NCBI GenBank assembly: GCA_050273025.1
Contig: CP158635.1
Coordinates: 4,402,001 to 4,466,000, forward strand
DNA length: 64,000 nucleotides
From: Cenococcum geophilum
Taxonomy: Eukaryota
Direction of reading: 5' to 3'
This document shows, piece by piece, positions 14,532 through 27,237 of this stretch. A program made the translations under genes and the position numbers. Within the stretch, counting starts at the first letter, position 1. The number at the start of each line of letters is the position of its first letter. The notes beneath the pieces were generated by a model that saw only the letters and a list, made by a program, of their open reading frames with translations, did no database searches and was not told the DNA's origin.

Positions 14532-15200
14532 ATACCTAAAGCAATTTCTTTTTTACACGCCTAACGTCGTGCTCGCACTATTACTGTAATACTATCTCTT
14601 AGTGAGATTATGCTATCTCCGTATTCTCGTTGTTTAAAAGAAGGGTTAGTTTATATTGCGTTAGTAAACCTATCTTTACAATAACCGTCCTCTTACTTAA
14701 AGTATACTAAAGTGAATATTCGTTTGTCCTATAACGTTCGCTTTACTTCTAATACTAAATATACGTAACCTATTACTCTTAATAGTCGTCTAGTTCCCTA
14801 ATTAATTTGTCTTAGGGTTTTATATTTAATCTGCTACTATACGGCTAGATAGTAAACTGTTATAAGCCCTTACTAAGTTAGAACGTTCCTATAACGCGGA
14901 ACAGAAGGCCTTAAATACTTAAATTACGGCATCTACTCGTCTGCTTTGTCTTAAAAAGGTTTATAAAAAGGTTTGTTTTAAGGAGTAGAAACTTATAGAA
15001 TAAGGTTTATAGAAACTAGGCGATAAAAGAATAAACTTTCCTCTAATAGAGAAGGAAATAGATCTAAGTAGTTTGGCAACTGCTCTTCTTAGGTCCCCCT
15101 TAGGTAACTTATTCTTTAGCGATCCTTTTTTATTAATACTGCCTAACCTAATCTCTTTTAATACTCCTATACCTTTCCTATAGCATTCTTTAAATTCTCT
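14532..15200 (+). pseudogene. Antisense ORF inside the Gypsy 3' region: Zn-cluster-like Cys6 plus coiled coil
   Basis: Codons 14622-14732 de-RIP to C-x2-C-x6-C-x13-C-x2-C-x8-C. A probable intron follows, then a helical A/E/K/R-rich segment. The end coordinate is approximate. Confidence 0.55.
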
Positions 15201-18200
15201 AATAGCTCCTAGGTAGTTTTAGTATAGCCTATTTACTTAACCTTATACTATATTTTGTCGTTAATATCCTTATAATTAACGATCTTTAATACTTACTATT
15301 TATCTTCTTCTTATCCTCTATATATGTCTACTTTATAAACCAGTGGCTTAACATTCCTATATACTAGCTCTAGCATTACAATATACTATATAGGGTAGAT
15401 CTTTATTTTAGCTAATAGGTTTAACTTAAATATAACTAGTGAAATCCTCTACGTAATTTTAAAAGGTCTTAGTTTAACGTAGTCCAACTTCTTACTTAGT
15501 CGTTAACTCTTAAAATTTTTATATAGTAACTACACTTTATCTCCCTCCTTAAGATCTAGTCCCTTAGATCTCTTAGCATTATAGTACCTTTTTATTCTTT
15601 CTTATACTTTCTTTACTAATTCTATAAGGTCTATATAAAGATTTATTAATATCTTTATTCTTTCTTTAGCTATACTACTCGTTTTCTTTACTTGCTATAG
15701 TAACAATAATATTCTTAACTTATATCCGTAATTTGCCTTAAATAGTAATATGCCTATTCCTTCTTAAGGTATTATATTATATGCAAACTATATAATTAGT
15801 AACAGTAATACCTAATTATTTTATATATAATTAACATAATGCCTTAGATACTGCTCTAGCGTCTAATTTAATCTTTCCGTTTAACCGTCTGTCTGCGGAT
15901 AGTATACAGTAGAAGTTACTACTTAAACTCCTTACTCTGCTAAGAACACTTCCTAAAATACTATTATAAATCTTAGGTCTCTATCTAATATAATCTTACT
16001 TAATACTCTATATCTTATAAACACTTCTTTAACATAGATTCTAACGATATCTTCCGCTAAGATTTCTTCTGTATATGTTATAAAGTATCCCTACTTTATA
16101 AGCTTATCTATTATCACTAAGATTACGTTATAATCTTATCCAGTAATAGGATCTTTTAATTTTAGCAACTTAATAATAAAGTCCCATAATATAACCTCTT
16201 ATAGTCTTTCTAGTATTTTAATAGGTTATAGCCCTCTATATAGCTTATGCCTTATTAGTTTATTCCTTTAGTAATCTAAATATTCTTTTATAACTTTTCT
16301 GGCTATCCTTTAGATTCCGTTAATAATGTACTCCTCCTAGAGTCTTAATACTAAGCCCATAGCTCTATTATATCCTTAAGTTAATCCCTTATAGAAGTCT
16401 TCTATAAACTACTCTACTATACTTCTTAGGATATACTTCACTTCTTAATTTTCGTATATATCCGTCTATAGATCTTCTAGCTATACTTTTAGAATTCTTT
16501 ATACCTAAAAGCTTTCCGGTATCTTATAGACTTTCTCTAGTTTATCGTCTTCTTAAGTTACTATAATTCTTAGATAATTATACCTAATCAATCCGTCTAT
16601 ATCCTTTCACAATAGAGCCCCTAATGGCTTCTCCTTATTTTATAGTTTAGCTTTACGGCTTAGAGTATCTGCCTTTATATTATCTATACCTTTAATATAC
16701 TAAATCTTAAAATAGTATTCCGTAAGCATCTCTGCCTATCTAACCTATCTTTAGTTAAGTTCCTTTATTATTAGGAATCCTGTTAGGTTCTTATAATCCG
16801 TTTTAACTATAAATAGTTTTTCTATACCTTATAAGAATGCTCTCTATTTCTTTAATGCTATAACTATACCTAATAACTCCTTATTATAAATGTTATAGTT
16901 TAACTCTAGTAGTATTATCTTTTAACTATAGTATGCCACTAGGTGCTATCCGTCTTAATGCCTTTATATAAAGTATGCCCCTAGTATATAGTCTAATACA
17001 TTCGTCTTTACAACCGTCTCTAGTTCTAGTTAATAGATCTTAAGAACTAGCTCCTAGGTAAATAACTCTTTAACTTTCTTAAAGAGTTCTTTTTACTCCT
17101 CTCCCTATACCTATAGTTCTTCTTTCTTTATTAACCTCGTAAGTGGCTTAATATTCTTTAACCACTGCGCTATAAACCTTCTATAGTAATTACAAAACCC
17201 TAAGAATAATCTTAACTGTGTAACGTTCTCTAGTTCCTACTAATTCACTATAGCCTTAATCTTCTTTAGATCTATACTAAGTTAGCCTAATTTAATAATA
17301 AATTTAACAAAATTAGTCTTCCTAGTAAAGAACTTATATTTCTCAATTGCTACTAGCATCTGTTCTTCTTATAGTCTCTTTAAGACCTATTTAACGTGTT
17401 CCTCGTATTCTTTCTTAGTTATTAAGTAGATAATAATATTATTGAGATATACTATAACAAATTCATCTAAGTATTATCCTAATATATTGTTAATACGCTT
17501 TTAGAATATTACTAATGCGTTTATAAGCCTAAATTATATAACCAATGGCTTATATAGTCCTTTTTTTAACCTAAAGGCTGCCTTCTATTTGTCGCCTTCC
17601 TTAATTCTAATCTAATAGTACGCCTATCTCAGATCTATCTTTGTAAAGATTTACGCATTGCCTATCCTATCTTAGATTTCGCTAATTAAGGGTAAAAAAT
17701 ACCTATCCTTCCTAGTGATGCTATTTAACTATCTATAGTTAATACACAGCCTTAGTTTACTATTTTTCTTTAGTACGAATAGTACTAGATAACCCGCTAA
17801 TAACTGCGATGGTCTAATATATCCCTTCTATAGATTTTTCTAGATAAACTCTTTTAACGCTCTACCTTCTTCTTCGGTAAGCTTATAGATTGAAAAGAAC
17901 TTTAGACTTATTTCTAGTTCTAACTCTATCTTATAGTCCTATGCTATATATTTTAACAGCTTCTTACTTTCTAATAACTATAGTTTCTTACCGTACTTGT
18001 GGTATTTCTTTAGTATATAACTTAGTCCTTTTTCTATTTCTTTATAGGTTGCTCCTACTTAGTACTATACCATCTTAGCTTATTATTACATCTTACGGCA
18101 TTAAGTATTTTTAATATTAACCTAACCTATAATCCAATCAATCCTTAGATTGTATTCCTATAACTAAGGCATACTTAATACTGCCTTGTCCCGTCCTAAT

Positions 18201-21200
18201 AGTAGGATATTAAAAGACATCTTAATTTATCTCCCTTTAATAGTTATCTAAATAGGTCCTATTTTAAGATTAATAATCCCTCCTCTATAGGTTATTAGAT
18301 CTCCTAAAATTGTAACTAATAGGTAAGGTTACTCCTTTTGTCTATAAGGTAGTCCCATTCTCTTAACTACTACTAATAAGATATAGTTTCGCGTTACTCT
18401 ACTATCTATTAGCGCTTTAAACTGCTAATCTTACTAATTAACTTATAAATTTAGGTGTTATCCTTAAATTCCTTTAAGGGTCTAAGGCTCTACTACTGGC
18501 TTCCTCTAGTTCTGTAGGCCTCTACTTTTCCTAACTATTAGCTACTTAATCCTAGTGCACTTAGCTTACTCTTTAGCCAATACCTAGTTCGCTTTTTATC
18601 TTTAATATACTATAGATACATATTTTCTAGGTATTCCCACCACTATTGTCTATCTAAGCATTCTTCCGTAAGAAATCTTCCTAGTTAAAGTACTAAACTT
18701 CCTTCCTCTTAAACCTCTACTGGATGCCATCTATATATATATTTAGTATTTTTATACTATTACTTATCTGTTATCTAATATATCCTTATAGGGTATTTCC
18801 AATTCTTTTCCTTTGGATTCTTATGTATTTTATATATATTGTCTATATACGTAATCCATAATAACGTATAGTATACTAGGTGCTTTAGGTTAACTCTTAG
18901 CTTATTTTTATTTTTAAGTTTAAACCTTTATTGTACTAATCTAAACGTTATAACTTTATTCGTAGGTACTAAGATGCGCCTCTTATTTCTCTAGTCCTCT
19001 AAACGTTCCTCTAGATCCTTTAACGTTATAATTAAGGCTCCTTTAATATGTGTTATAGCCTTCTCTATAATCGGGTAGTCCTAAATAACTTTTTTATCCA
19101 ACTATATATAGAAATCTTCCCACTTATTATTGTGCCTTTGCCTATACCACTTTTAGTACAGCTACTAGAGTGTATATAGTCTATCTATAAGGAAGTATCT
19201 TCTTATTACTATATCGTAACAGCCCTTTATATATTGTTCCTTAAACCTAGTTAGAATCCCTAGATCCTCTTTATCTTCTAATTTAGTAAGCCACTTAGCT
19301 CTTAGTGTGCCTACTTTTGGTCTATTAGTAATTCTTTATACTAGTACTCTATCCTTTATACGTCCCAATATGCTAGATCTCTTATCTAGTTTCTATTCTT
19401 ACTATATAATAATTCTTTGCCTAAACTCTTCTATAGTTTCTTTTAGTTTACGCCTTGCGCTCTAATCCTTAAAGTCGTCTTACTTTTTAATCCTAGTATT
19501 AATTTTTTAATCTTTAGTCTGAACACTTCGTTTAACTAGTAAATTCTTTAGGTCTATATATTTGTCTCCTAGTCTAATTACTATTTATGCTATAGATTCT
19601 CTAATCTATAAAGAAGCCCCTTACCTCTTATCTATGGGTGTTCTAATTTATACTCCGAATTTTTAACCCCTTAGGTTCTTTAATCCTAAGCTCGCTTTTA
19701 ACTTAAGCTTAGCTCCAGCCTTAGTCTAACTAGGCTTACTTAGTGTTCTTATCTTGTCTTAAGAGTCTTAAATCTCACTTATCTCGTCTTAAAAGTCTTA
19801 TACCTATAGGAACTTCTATCCTAAGCTTATTCGTATATCTTTAAACTAAGCTACTACTCTACTCCATCGGTTATTATCTATTGTAGGTCCTTAAGCTTAC
19901 CTTATCTCGTTTTAAGAATCTTAGTTATCTCTTATCTCGCTATAAGAATCTTAAGCCTTTAGCCTTTTGCCTTTATCGAGTGCTAAAATAGTTCGCTATT
20001 CTACTTCTCTTATATCTTGTAAAGCGATAGACATCGTGTCTAGTGGGGTTTTAATCCTTACTAATATTCCTTATTCTGTAATAAAATTATCCTCTACCTC
20101 TAGTATAACATCTCTAAGGTCTGCTTACTCCTAGTAAGCGGCCCTTATTACCTTATTATTACGGAATATTTCGCCTAGGTTAAATTTATTGTCCTTAATA
20201 TCTAATCTATAAACTAGTTCGTTAGTTCCTTTGCATTTTATAAGTGCTAGCTCTTATAGCTAATAGCTTACGCCGTACTTAGCATCCTTATAAATTCGGC
20301 ATGTATTATTATAACAAAACGCAAAACTTTTAATTAAATATTCTTTTATTCCTCGCAGTATATTATTGTCCCTTTATACGTATATATTGTCTACTAGTCT
20401 TATGCTCTTTACTATATAGTAACTTTACCCACTTTTATAGTCTCTAACGTAATAACCCTGTTTTCCGCAATTTATATAAGCTCCTTCTTTAAACTATTTC
20501 TCTTACTATAGAGTCCGCCTAAATGTCTTCTACTAATAAGATCCCTAATTCGGCCTCTACTCCTTAGACCTTTAATTACCTAATCCTTATCCTCTAGGTT
20601 TCTATAGTTTACTTCATCTCTTATAGGCTTCTTTAGTGCCACTTAGGTCCATTAGCTCTGCGCTATACCATAGTTTCTAACTTAGCTTTTGTCGTTACGT
20701 ACTTTACGCCTTATATAACTATAGAACTCTATCCTAGCCTCTCTTAGCCTATTCCCTTTAGTAGATCTAATTATTAATCTTAATTACCTAATCTATTAGT
20801 TCCCTTAGGGTATCCGCATCTTCTATTAGGATAATTACGTCCTAAACTTTAGCCTTAAGTCCCTATTTATACTATACTATAAGCGCCCTATTATTCTACT
20901 CTACTTATATTACTAGTGTCTAGAACTATATTATATACTTAATTGCTAAAGTTCGTTGCATAAGGTTTTAAAGTTTTCTTTCCGCTATAGTTGTTCCTTT
21001 TAGGTCTCTAAATATCTACGTAAATCGTTCTGCGAATCCTTCCTAACTTAAGAATATAAATTACACGTCTTAGTTAGTGGTTGTTATTCCGTTTGCCTAT
21101 ATCTCTATAAGGTAAAGTTTAAACTACTTAAGTGCTTTTCCTAATAAGAATAGTCCTGCGTAGGCTATCCAATCTATAGGTATAGATAACTTTACTCCTT

Positions 21201-21524
21201 CTTATAAGACCTTAAAGTATATCTATATAAGGAATCCTTTAAGCTTTAACCTCTCTTCTATAAATCTCTTAATTAATAATAGCTTAATCTTTACTGCTCC
21301 TATCCCGTTAAGTCTTTCTTCCAATACTATATTATTAGCTATTAGCTAGTTAACTATTTCCTATAGCTATCTAACCGTTATAGGTTGCTATAAGTTAGTA
21401 TCTACTATACTAGTATTACCTCCTGTCCTTAAAGTAGTTGCTACCATCAATGGCGTTATAGTGGCTGCTTTTAGTAGTATATTATTTAACTTCTTATATT
21501 AATACTATAACTAGGTAGTAATTA

Positions 21525-21949
21525 TATAACGGAACCTTATAGCAAGAACTACGGTGGGCTTATTATTGGGCTAGGTATATAGGAAATGCAAGTACAAAAG
21601 TCGACAACGTAATAACAACTAGTAGAGTGGTTGCCTAATAGATTAACTCTAATTATATTCTAAGAATCACTATAAGGAAGAAACTATCTAGGTAGGGACT
21701 AAGGGTCCTTAAATACACAACCGTACTCCTATGAAATCCTTCTTATACGTAATGTACGTCTTATACGTAAGGTACGTAAGTTTCTCTCGTTCCTCTTGTT
21801 TAATATATAGCACATTATATAACCTTGGTTACTATTCCTCGTCATATAGTTCTATCGGCTCCATCCTAGACCATACCTAAATTAACTAACTAGCTTCTTC
21901 CGTCTCTTCTCCAAGTAGTTATAACATCGTACTTAAAGCGTCCGTAACA
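21525..21949 (-). repeat. 5' LTR of the Gypsy element
   Basis: t(a)taacggaacc...tccgtaaca, same length as the 3' LTR, with mostly C>T/G>A differences. Confidence 0.95.
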
Positions 21950-22559
21950 CATAGCTTTGTTCTTACACTATCCCCGCCCACGCCACTATGCCTCTCCCCC
22001 CCCCCACTAAGGCCTTCCCCCCTATTAAGACTCCCACTTATAGTAGTACGCGTAGCTGTAGAGGCACCTACTCTACCGCTGCTCCTCTAACTCTTTTGCT
22101 AATTACTAGCACGCTAGGTGCTGCTGCCGCTTCCGCTAATACTAGGTTTATTAGGGTATATTTAGCAATTACTGTTTCTGCGTATATTAATATAGTTTAT
22201 AAACGGGTAACTAATATAGCGAAAGATGTTTAAGCTATAAATCGCCGGTTTAATAAGTTTAAATATTCTCTAAATAAGATAAAGGATAGCTTATATTCCT
22301 AAGGCGTAGTGTTATTATACTTATACGTAATACTAGGCTACTAGATATTAAATATAGGTAAATATAAGTTAGCTATTGCTACGGGTTGGCTATTATTACT
22401 AGTTTATAATAATAAAATAGTAGCTCTTACCTTTTTACTACTATATATATAGGAATTAAGTCTCTACCTTATATTTAATAGATATACTTAATTAATATTA
22501 TAATATCTGTATAAGCTAAGATAAAGATATTTATATATCCGCACTATAAAATAGCTTAC

Positions 22560-25455
22560 TGCTACGTTATATATTACGCACTAAGAAGATTATACGCTGG
22601 CTAGAGTTAATATTAATAAAAAGAACTCAATTAATATATTAAGACAGAAACGTATTATAAGCCTAAGTATTTAAAAGTCCTTTAGTATATTATCTATAAC
22701 CTTATTAAATCCGTCCTTATAAGGGTTATATAGTAAACCGCTAATGTAAAACATACATATATTAAAATTAGTAATGCCGCCCTATAAGAGCCGCTTTAAT
22801 CCAAGTTAAAAAATAGTAGGTGCTTTAAACCCAACGTCCCGCACACACTAACGTATAATTAAATCCTTAGCAATTATATCTGTAAGGGATTAAATATTAA
22901 CCGCAGGAGATTTAATTATATAATTAAATATCGTCCGCTTACTAAACGCATTCTTAAATTTAGTACGAAAAGGTCCGGTATAGCTTATAGTAAAAACACT
23001 TTACCTAAATAGAGAGTCTACTCTAAAGGTTAAGTTTCTATATAATTAGAGTAACTCCTTTAGCTAAAGATTTAGTAGTTTATTAAGTTAATTAGCTTTA
23101 AAAAAGCTATTTAGCTCTCCGTAATTATTAATTAGCCTATTTATAAGTATAGCCTACTAAAGTACTAGATTATACGCCTCCGTTATAATTAACCTCTAAA
23201 AGTACATTATTTTAGATATATAGTTATTACTTTTTAATCTAGTAAAGTAAAGGTAAAGGTAGGTAATTGTACGCTTTAGAAGGCCGATATCTGCATACTT
23301 AATAGTGTATTTTAACACTTTATATATTTTAACCACCTATAGATACCGAATATAATTAAAGAACTCCATATTAATAATCTAAGTAGGCTAGCTTATAGTA
23401 GCGGAGCTAGGTTCTATAAGCAATTAATCTATAATTTAAGAACTTTTGTAGGCGGAGGTCTACGGCGGAACTAATTTATTAGCCTTGCGGCCGACTTTAA
23501 AGCTAAAACCTACTACGCAGATATCCTTAATATGCTATAGAAACTACTTAGGCGTTAAGGATCTAATATATCTTTTAACCGCACCTTCTTTATAGATATT
23601 AAGCCTATCGCAGATATATATTAAGTATTACGGCACTAATATAGACCCTAGTTAGGGGCTCGGCCAAGCCTTAGCGCTATATATATAGACGTGTCCTTTC
23701 CTTAACTTTCTTCCAGACCTTGTCTTAGAATTCTCGTTTACTAGCTACTAATAGATTCTATTATTTTAACAGAGCCTTTATATTAAGAAGAGCGCAATAA
23801 TACGGGCATTAAAACTATACAGTACTAGCTCCTTAAGATAGTAAAAGGGAGGGCGCTCTATAGGAATATTTCGTCGCCTAAGGTAATTTATATAAGTATA
23901 GAGCGTAGAGTACTACTGCATATATTGCTTACTACTAAAGAAAGTCCTTATAATTATATATAGGAAGTTTAACTAAAGGTGCCAAAGACCTAGAACAGGT
24001 AGTACCTAATAGTAGCTATTATATAAAAGCGCAGCCTCCGCCCGCTCCCGCTTATAAGCGTAGATAAGCTTTACGGTTTTCTAATTACTATATACTAGAT
24101 ATAATCGGTTTTAGAAATCGTTATTACAATTAAGCTATAGTTGCTCTAGGAAGATTGTCTTAAGTATACGGTAGTTGCCATTTATAGAAGCCTCGCTTTC
24201 TATAATAGGGCCTAGGTTTATATAGGTTGTCTTTATAAATAGTAGAATATTAATCTTAGGCATACGCGGATATTTAAGTTTGGTATTAGATTTAAAAATA
24301 CCATTTATAGCGGCCGGATACGTACTTTAGAGAGTATTTGTAATTATAAAAATAGATATCCAATTTTAAACGCTATTATATATATTACCTAGCGCCTTAG
24401 CAATATCTTTAATCCAAAGCTGCACTTGGTTATATAGTATACTTTAAAGAAGGCCACTAGGGGGAATACAAAATCCGTAGATAAGCTTTTTAGTAGTATA
24501 GGAATAGAAAATACTAGTATCTCTAATTAACTAATATCGCGTTCGCTTAAGGTAGTTAAAATTATCGTATATAATATAGATATTATTAAGAGCGGATATT
24601 GATTAGAGGTAAGTCTTTAATAATATTAGTGCCAGTATATTCGCCGCTAGTATTATAACCTTCCTTAGAGCGTTCGGCTAATTCCATCTTTTAATAGTTA
24701 AGTGCTGTATATCTATTAATAAGCCCTAGTCTATAAAGCAGTAATAAAACCTAATACTTTACACCTATGCCTTAAAGATAAAGACTAAGAAGCCGAGTAA
24801 AATAGTTAGTAGAGCTTTAAGCGCGGCCTAATAAAAGGATAGACGTAAGAAGAATAACCCGCCCTAGGTATAAATTTCGCAATTTATTAGTTCTTAATTA
24901 TGCTAATAATCCTTCTATTAGTTGGTGGAGTAGAGGGGCATATTAGCTAATTGCCTTATAGCCCTATAAGAGTTAAACGTCTTTAAACTCTAGATCTAAC
25001 TTCTATGGGCTAAAGATAACCGTCTTCTGCTAAAGATTACAAAGCTCTTTATGGAGGATATTTATAACTATATTAATTAGTTCTGAATAAATATCTATAA
25101 TCTCTATAATCGCATTACGGATTTCTTTATCCCCTAGAAGGGTAGTAATAAGCCCCTTTACCTTCTTCTTTTTTTCCTTCTTCTTTTTTTACGCCTCGTC
25201 ATTTCTTATCCCTTATCTTTTATTAATACTAAGCTATAGCTACGCCAAAGAAAGGTCACTAAAGGACTATCGCTACTTCTATAAATGCTCTAGAATAATT
25301 CTAACCTTTTCTTCCTTTAATATCCGCTTAGTGGATGCTCTAGTTAGTATTTAGATAGGCGTCTGCTGGTTAACTAATATTATATTTATAGTGGGAATAG
25401 GCGATTTAATTATCGATATATTACCCGTTTAGCGGCGCTTTCTACTTAATATCGT
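22560..25455 (-). pseudogene. Academ-type (DUF6589-like) transposase, RIP-degraded
   Basis: Manual translation gives, in order: APLLHQL, YLQG.GVK..VL..L..LGL, YDNFNY...R(H)QL, LGPI.ESEAS.NGN, LVY(GDQ)KT, PVLGLWHL.LN, SFNARI, IKYADIG...NY. This is the motif order I recall for fungal Academ transposases. Boundaries approximate. Confidence 0.75.
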
Positions 25456-25700
25456 GGGGGCTAATAAGGTAGATAGGGCTCGATGAAATCGGCCTCTGTA
25501 CCTCCACGCGGTGGAGCCCGGGAACCTGGCAGCTACTATTGATATTCCATTTAGATCGTGTCAATAGACTACCAGAGCAAACGCAGAGACGTGTGTACGG
25601 CTGCGCAGCGCCTGCGCAGCAACGTGGTGGTGGTAGTGTGAAAAAATTTTTACTAGGGGGTAAGCCCTAGCAAAAAGTTTAAACACAGCTACCACGTCTA

Positions 25701-26610
25701 TTGTACACGTTCGGTCATTCGAATTAACAAGCAATTATCCCTCCGGCGTACCCCCTCCCTCCTACAAATACTATATACACCGCGCAGCACCCATATATAT
25801 ACGTAAACAATCCGCGCCCTAAATATAGCAGAGGCCCCCTATTTTAATATTACCTGGTAACCTAGGTATCTAGTTATAGGGACTGGTCCCCCCTATTAAA
25901 TACTAGAGCGTCCTCCTATACCTCATAAATAGGTACAAGGGCCTAGGTTTGGGCCCTAGGGTAAAAGCGATACTAAGTTATATACACCCCGTTATAGAAA
26001 CCTTTTAATAAAGGAATGGATAAGAGACCTTAGCATGTAGGCCTAGGCGGAGCGCAAGCGTTATTATTAGGAGATATTCATAGGAGACTTAGAAAAGGAG
26101 CTAGGGATAGGCACACGACTCTATATAGGCAATACACAGACGTGGCAAAAATAGTTCAAATAGCAGACAGGGCAAGACAGGTATTTTAGACACTCCCGCG
26201 TAAGGGGAGTCTCAAAGCAGTAACCTGACGGTGTTTTTCCCCCCGTTAATGTAGTATGGATGCTATCTGGAAGTACTACCTCTCACATTTCCCTTAGGGG
26301 TTTTTTATTCACCCAAAAATGGGTTTTTCTCAGTAAATATTGAGTTTTTACCATAGGAATTAGTCTGCGTGGACCCATTAGGGGGACCGGGTCGGACGGT
26401 AAATTAAATCTATTATTAATAAGGTAGATATATTTATTAATTATAGAGCTACTTCCGCGGATTAATTTAACGGTATTTCTGAGATAATAGCTACTATAGG
26501 GGTGTAGATTAATTTCGTTAAAAAAGGTAACTGCTCTATATACAAACAAAGTCGGATCGCTTAAGAAACGCTGGAAAAGTCTCTTAGACCATAGAATTAA
26601 CTTTTTGACA
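25701..26610. repeat. Unclassified, partly RIP-affected repeat fragments
   Basis: TpA-rich, no recognisable coding motif; small hairpin actccc/gggagt at ~26192-26210. Confidence 0.4.
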
Positions 26611-26688
26611 AAAAAGGTTAGCGATATCCGCTTGCGGATATACGTATGTCCGCTAATTGATTCTATAGTCTGAGCTTGCTGAGGTAAG
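26611..26688 (-). repeat. ~80-bp repeat, inverted copy of 41971-42050, with internal hairpin ATATCCGC-TT-GCGGATAT
   Basis: Reverse complement reads cttacctcagcaagctcagactatagaatcaattagcggacatacgtatatccgcaagcggatatcgctaacctttttt. Confidence 0.9.
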
Positions 26689-27237
26689 TAGAGCTGTATT
26701 AGTTGCTCTATTGGATAGTTCTGGTGAGCTTGGCTAGGTAGGGGCTTCTTTAATTATATCCAAGATATCGTCTTAAAGTCCTCCTGGTGTAGTGTTTGTT
26801 TCTAGTAGATCTAGAGATACTATTCTACTAGGAGTTAGTAACTGCTTAGTATCCTTTATAGGAGGTTCTGCCGAATTGTTCGATTTAGGTGTAGTCGTTT
26901 AATCTATATTTAAGGCAGGTCTATATAGGATAGATTTATCCTTAGACTTATTCTTATAGAGAGGTTCTAGTAGACTAATCGTCTAGAGGGTGTCTTCCAA
27001 TGCTTCCCTTAGCAGGTAGTCGATATCTTAACCCTTAGGGTTATAGAACGAGGTCTTGTTAAATATAACGTCTCTAGTTTGGATAACCTTGTAGAGACTT
27101 AGAATCTAAATGTAGTAGATATTAGTTAAATCGTAGCCAACTAGATATCTAATTAATGCACAAGGAGCTAGCTTATCTCCCTTTTTAACTTATTTATTTA
27201 GTGTATAGGTCTTATAACTATATACCAGTGATATAAT

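Larger units (their letters stand above)
13999..21949 (-). mobile_element. Complete Ty3/Gypsy chromovirus (7951 bp), RIP-inactivated
   Basis: 425-bp LTRs at 13999-14423 and 21525-21949. TSD CATAG at 13994-13998 and 21950-21954. PPT at 14424-14440. Protease ALIDS(G) ~18400, RT YL(DD) ~17440, RNase H ~17000, integrase PQTDGQTER ~15880, chromodomain ~15180-15305. Confidence 0.96.
12655..22545 (+). pseudogene. Copy 2 of the duplicated Zn-cluster gene unit, split by the Gypsy insertion (12655-13998 + 21955-22545)
   Basis: Aligns with 5535-7427 once 13999-21954 is removed. Cys-cluster codons at 13692-13799. Confidence 0.7.
3100..25700. mobile_element. Academ (AcademH-like) DNA transposon relic hosting a LINE and a Gypsy; left end outside the window, right end tentative
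   Basis: Academ-type transposase on the minus strand at ~22560-25455 converges on a RecQ-like helicase C-terminus at 3100+. Candidate right terminus ...ccacgtcta at 25700. Confidence 0.6.

Noticed and set aside
21505..21524. tRNA or self-priming primer-binding site of the Gypsy element
   Set aside because: No TGG start and no clear complement in the LTR could be read after RIP.
26190..26661. Helitron (TC start with hairpins)
   Set aside because: Homology with 41971-42050 extends past the putative TC start, and no clear CTRR end or Rep/helicase sequence is present.
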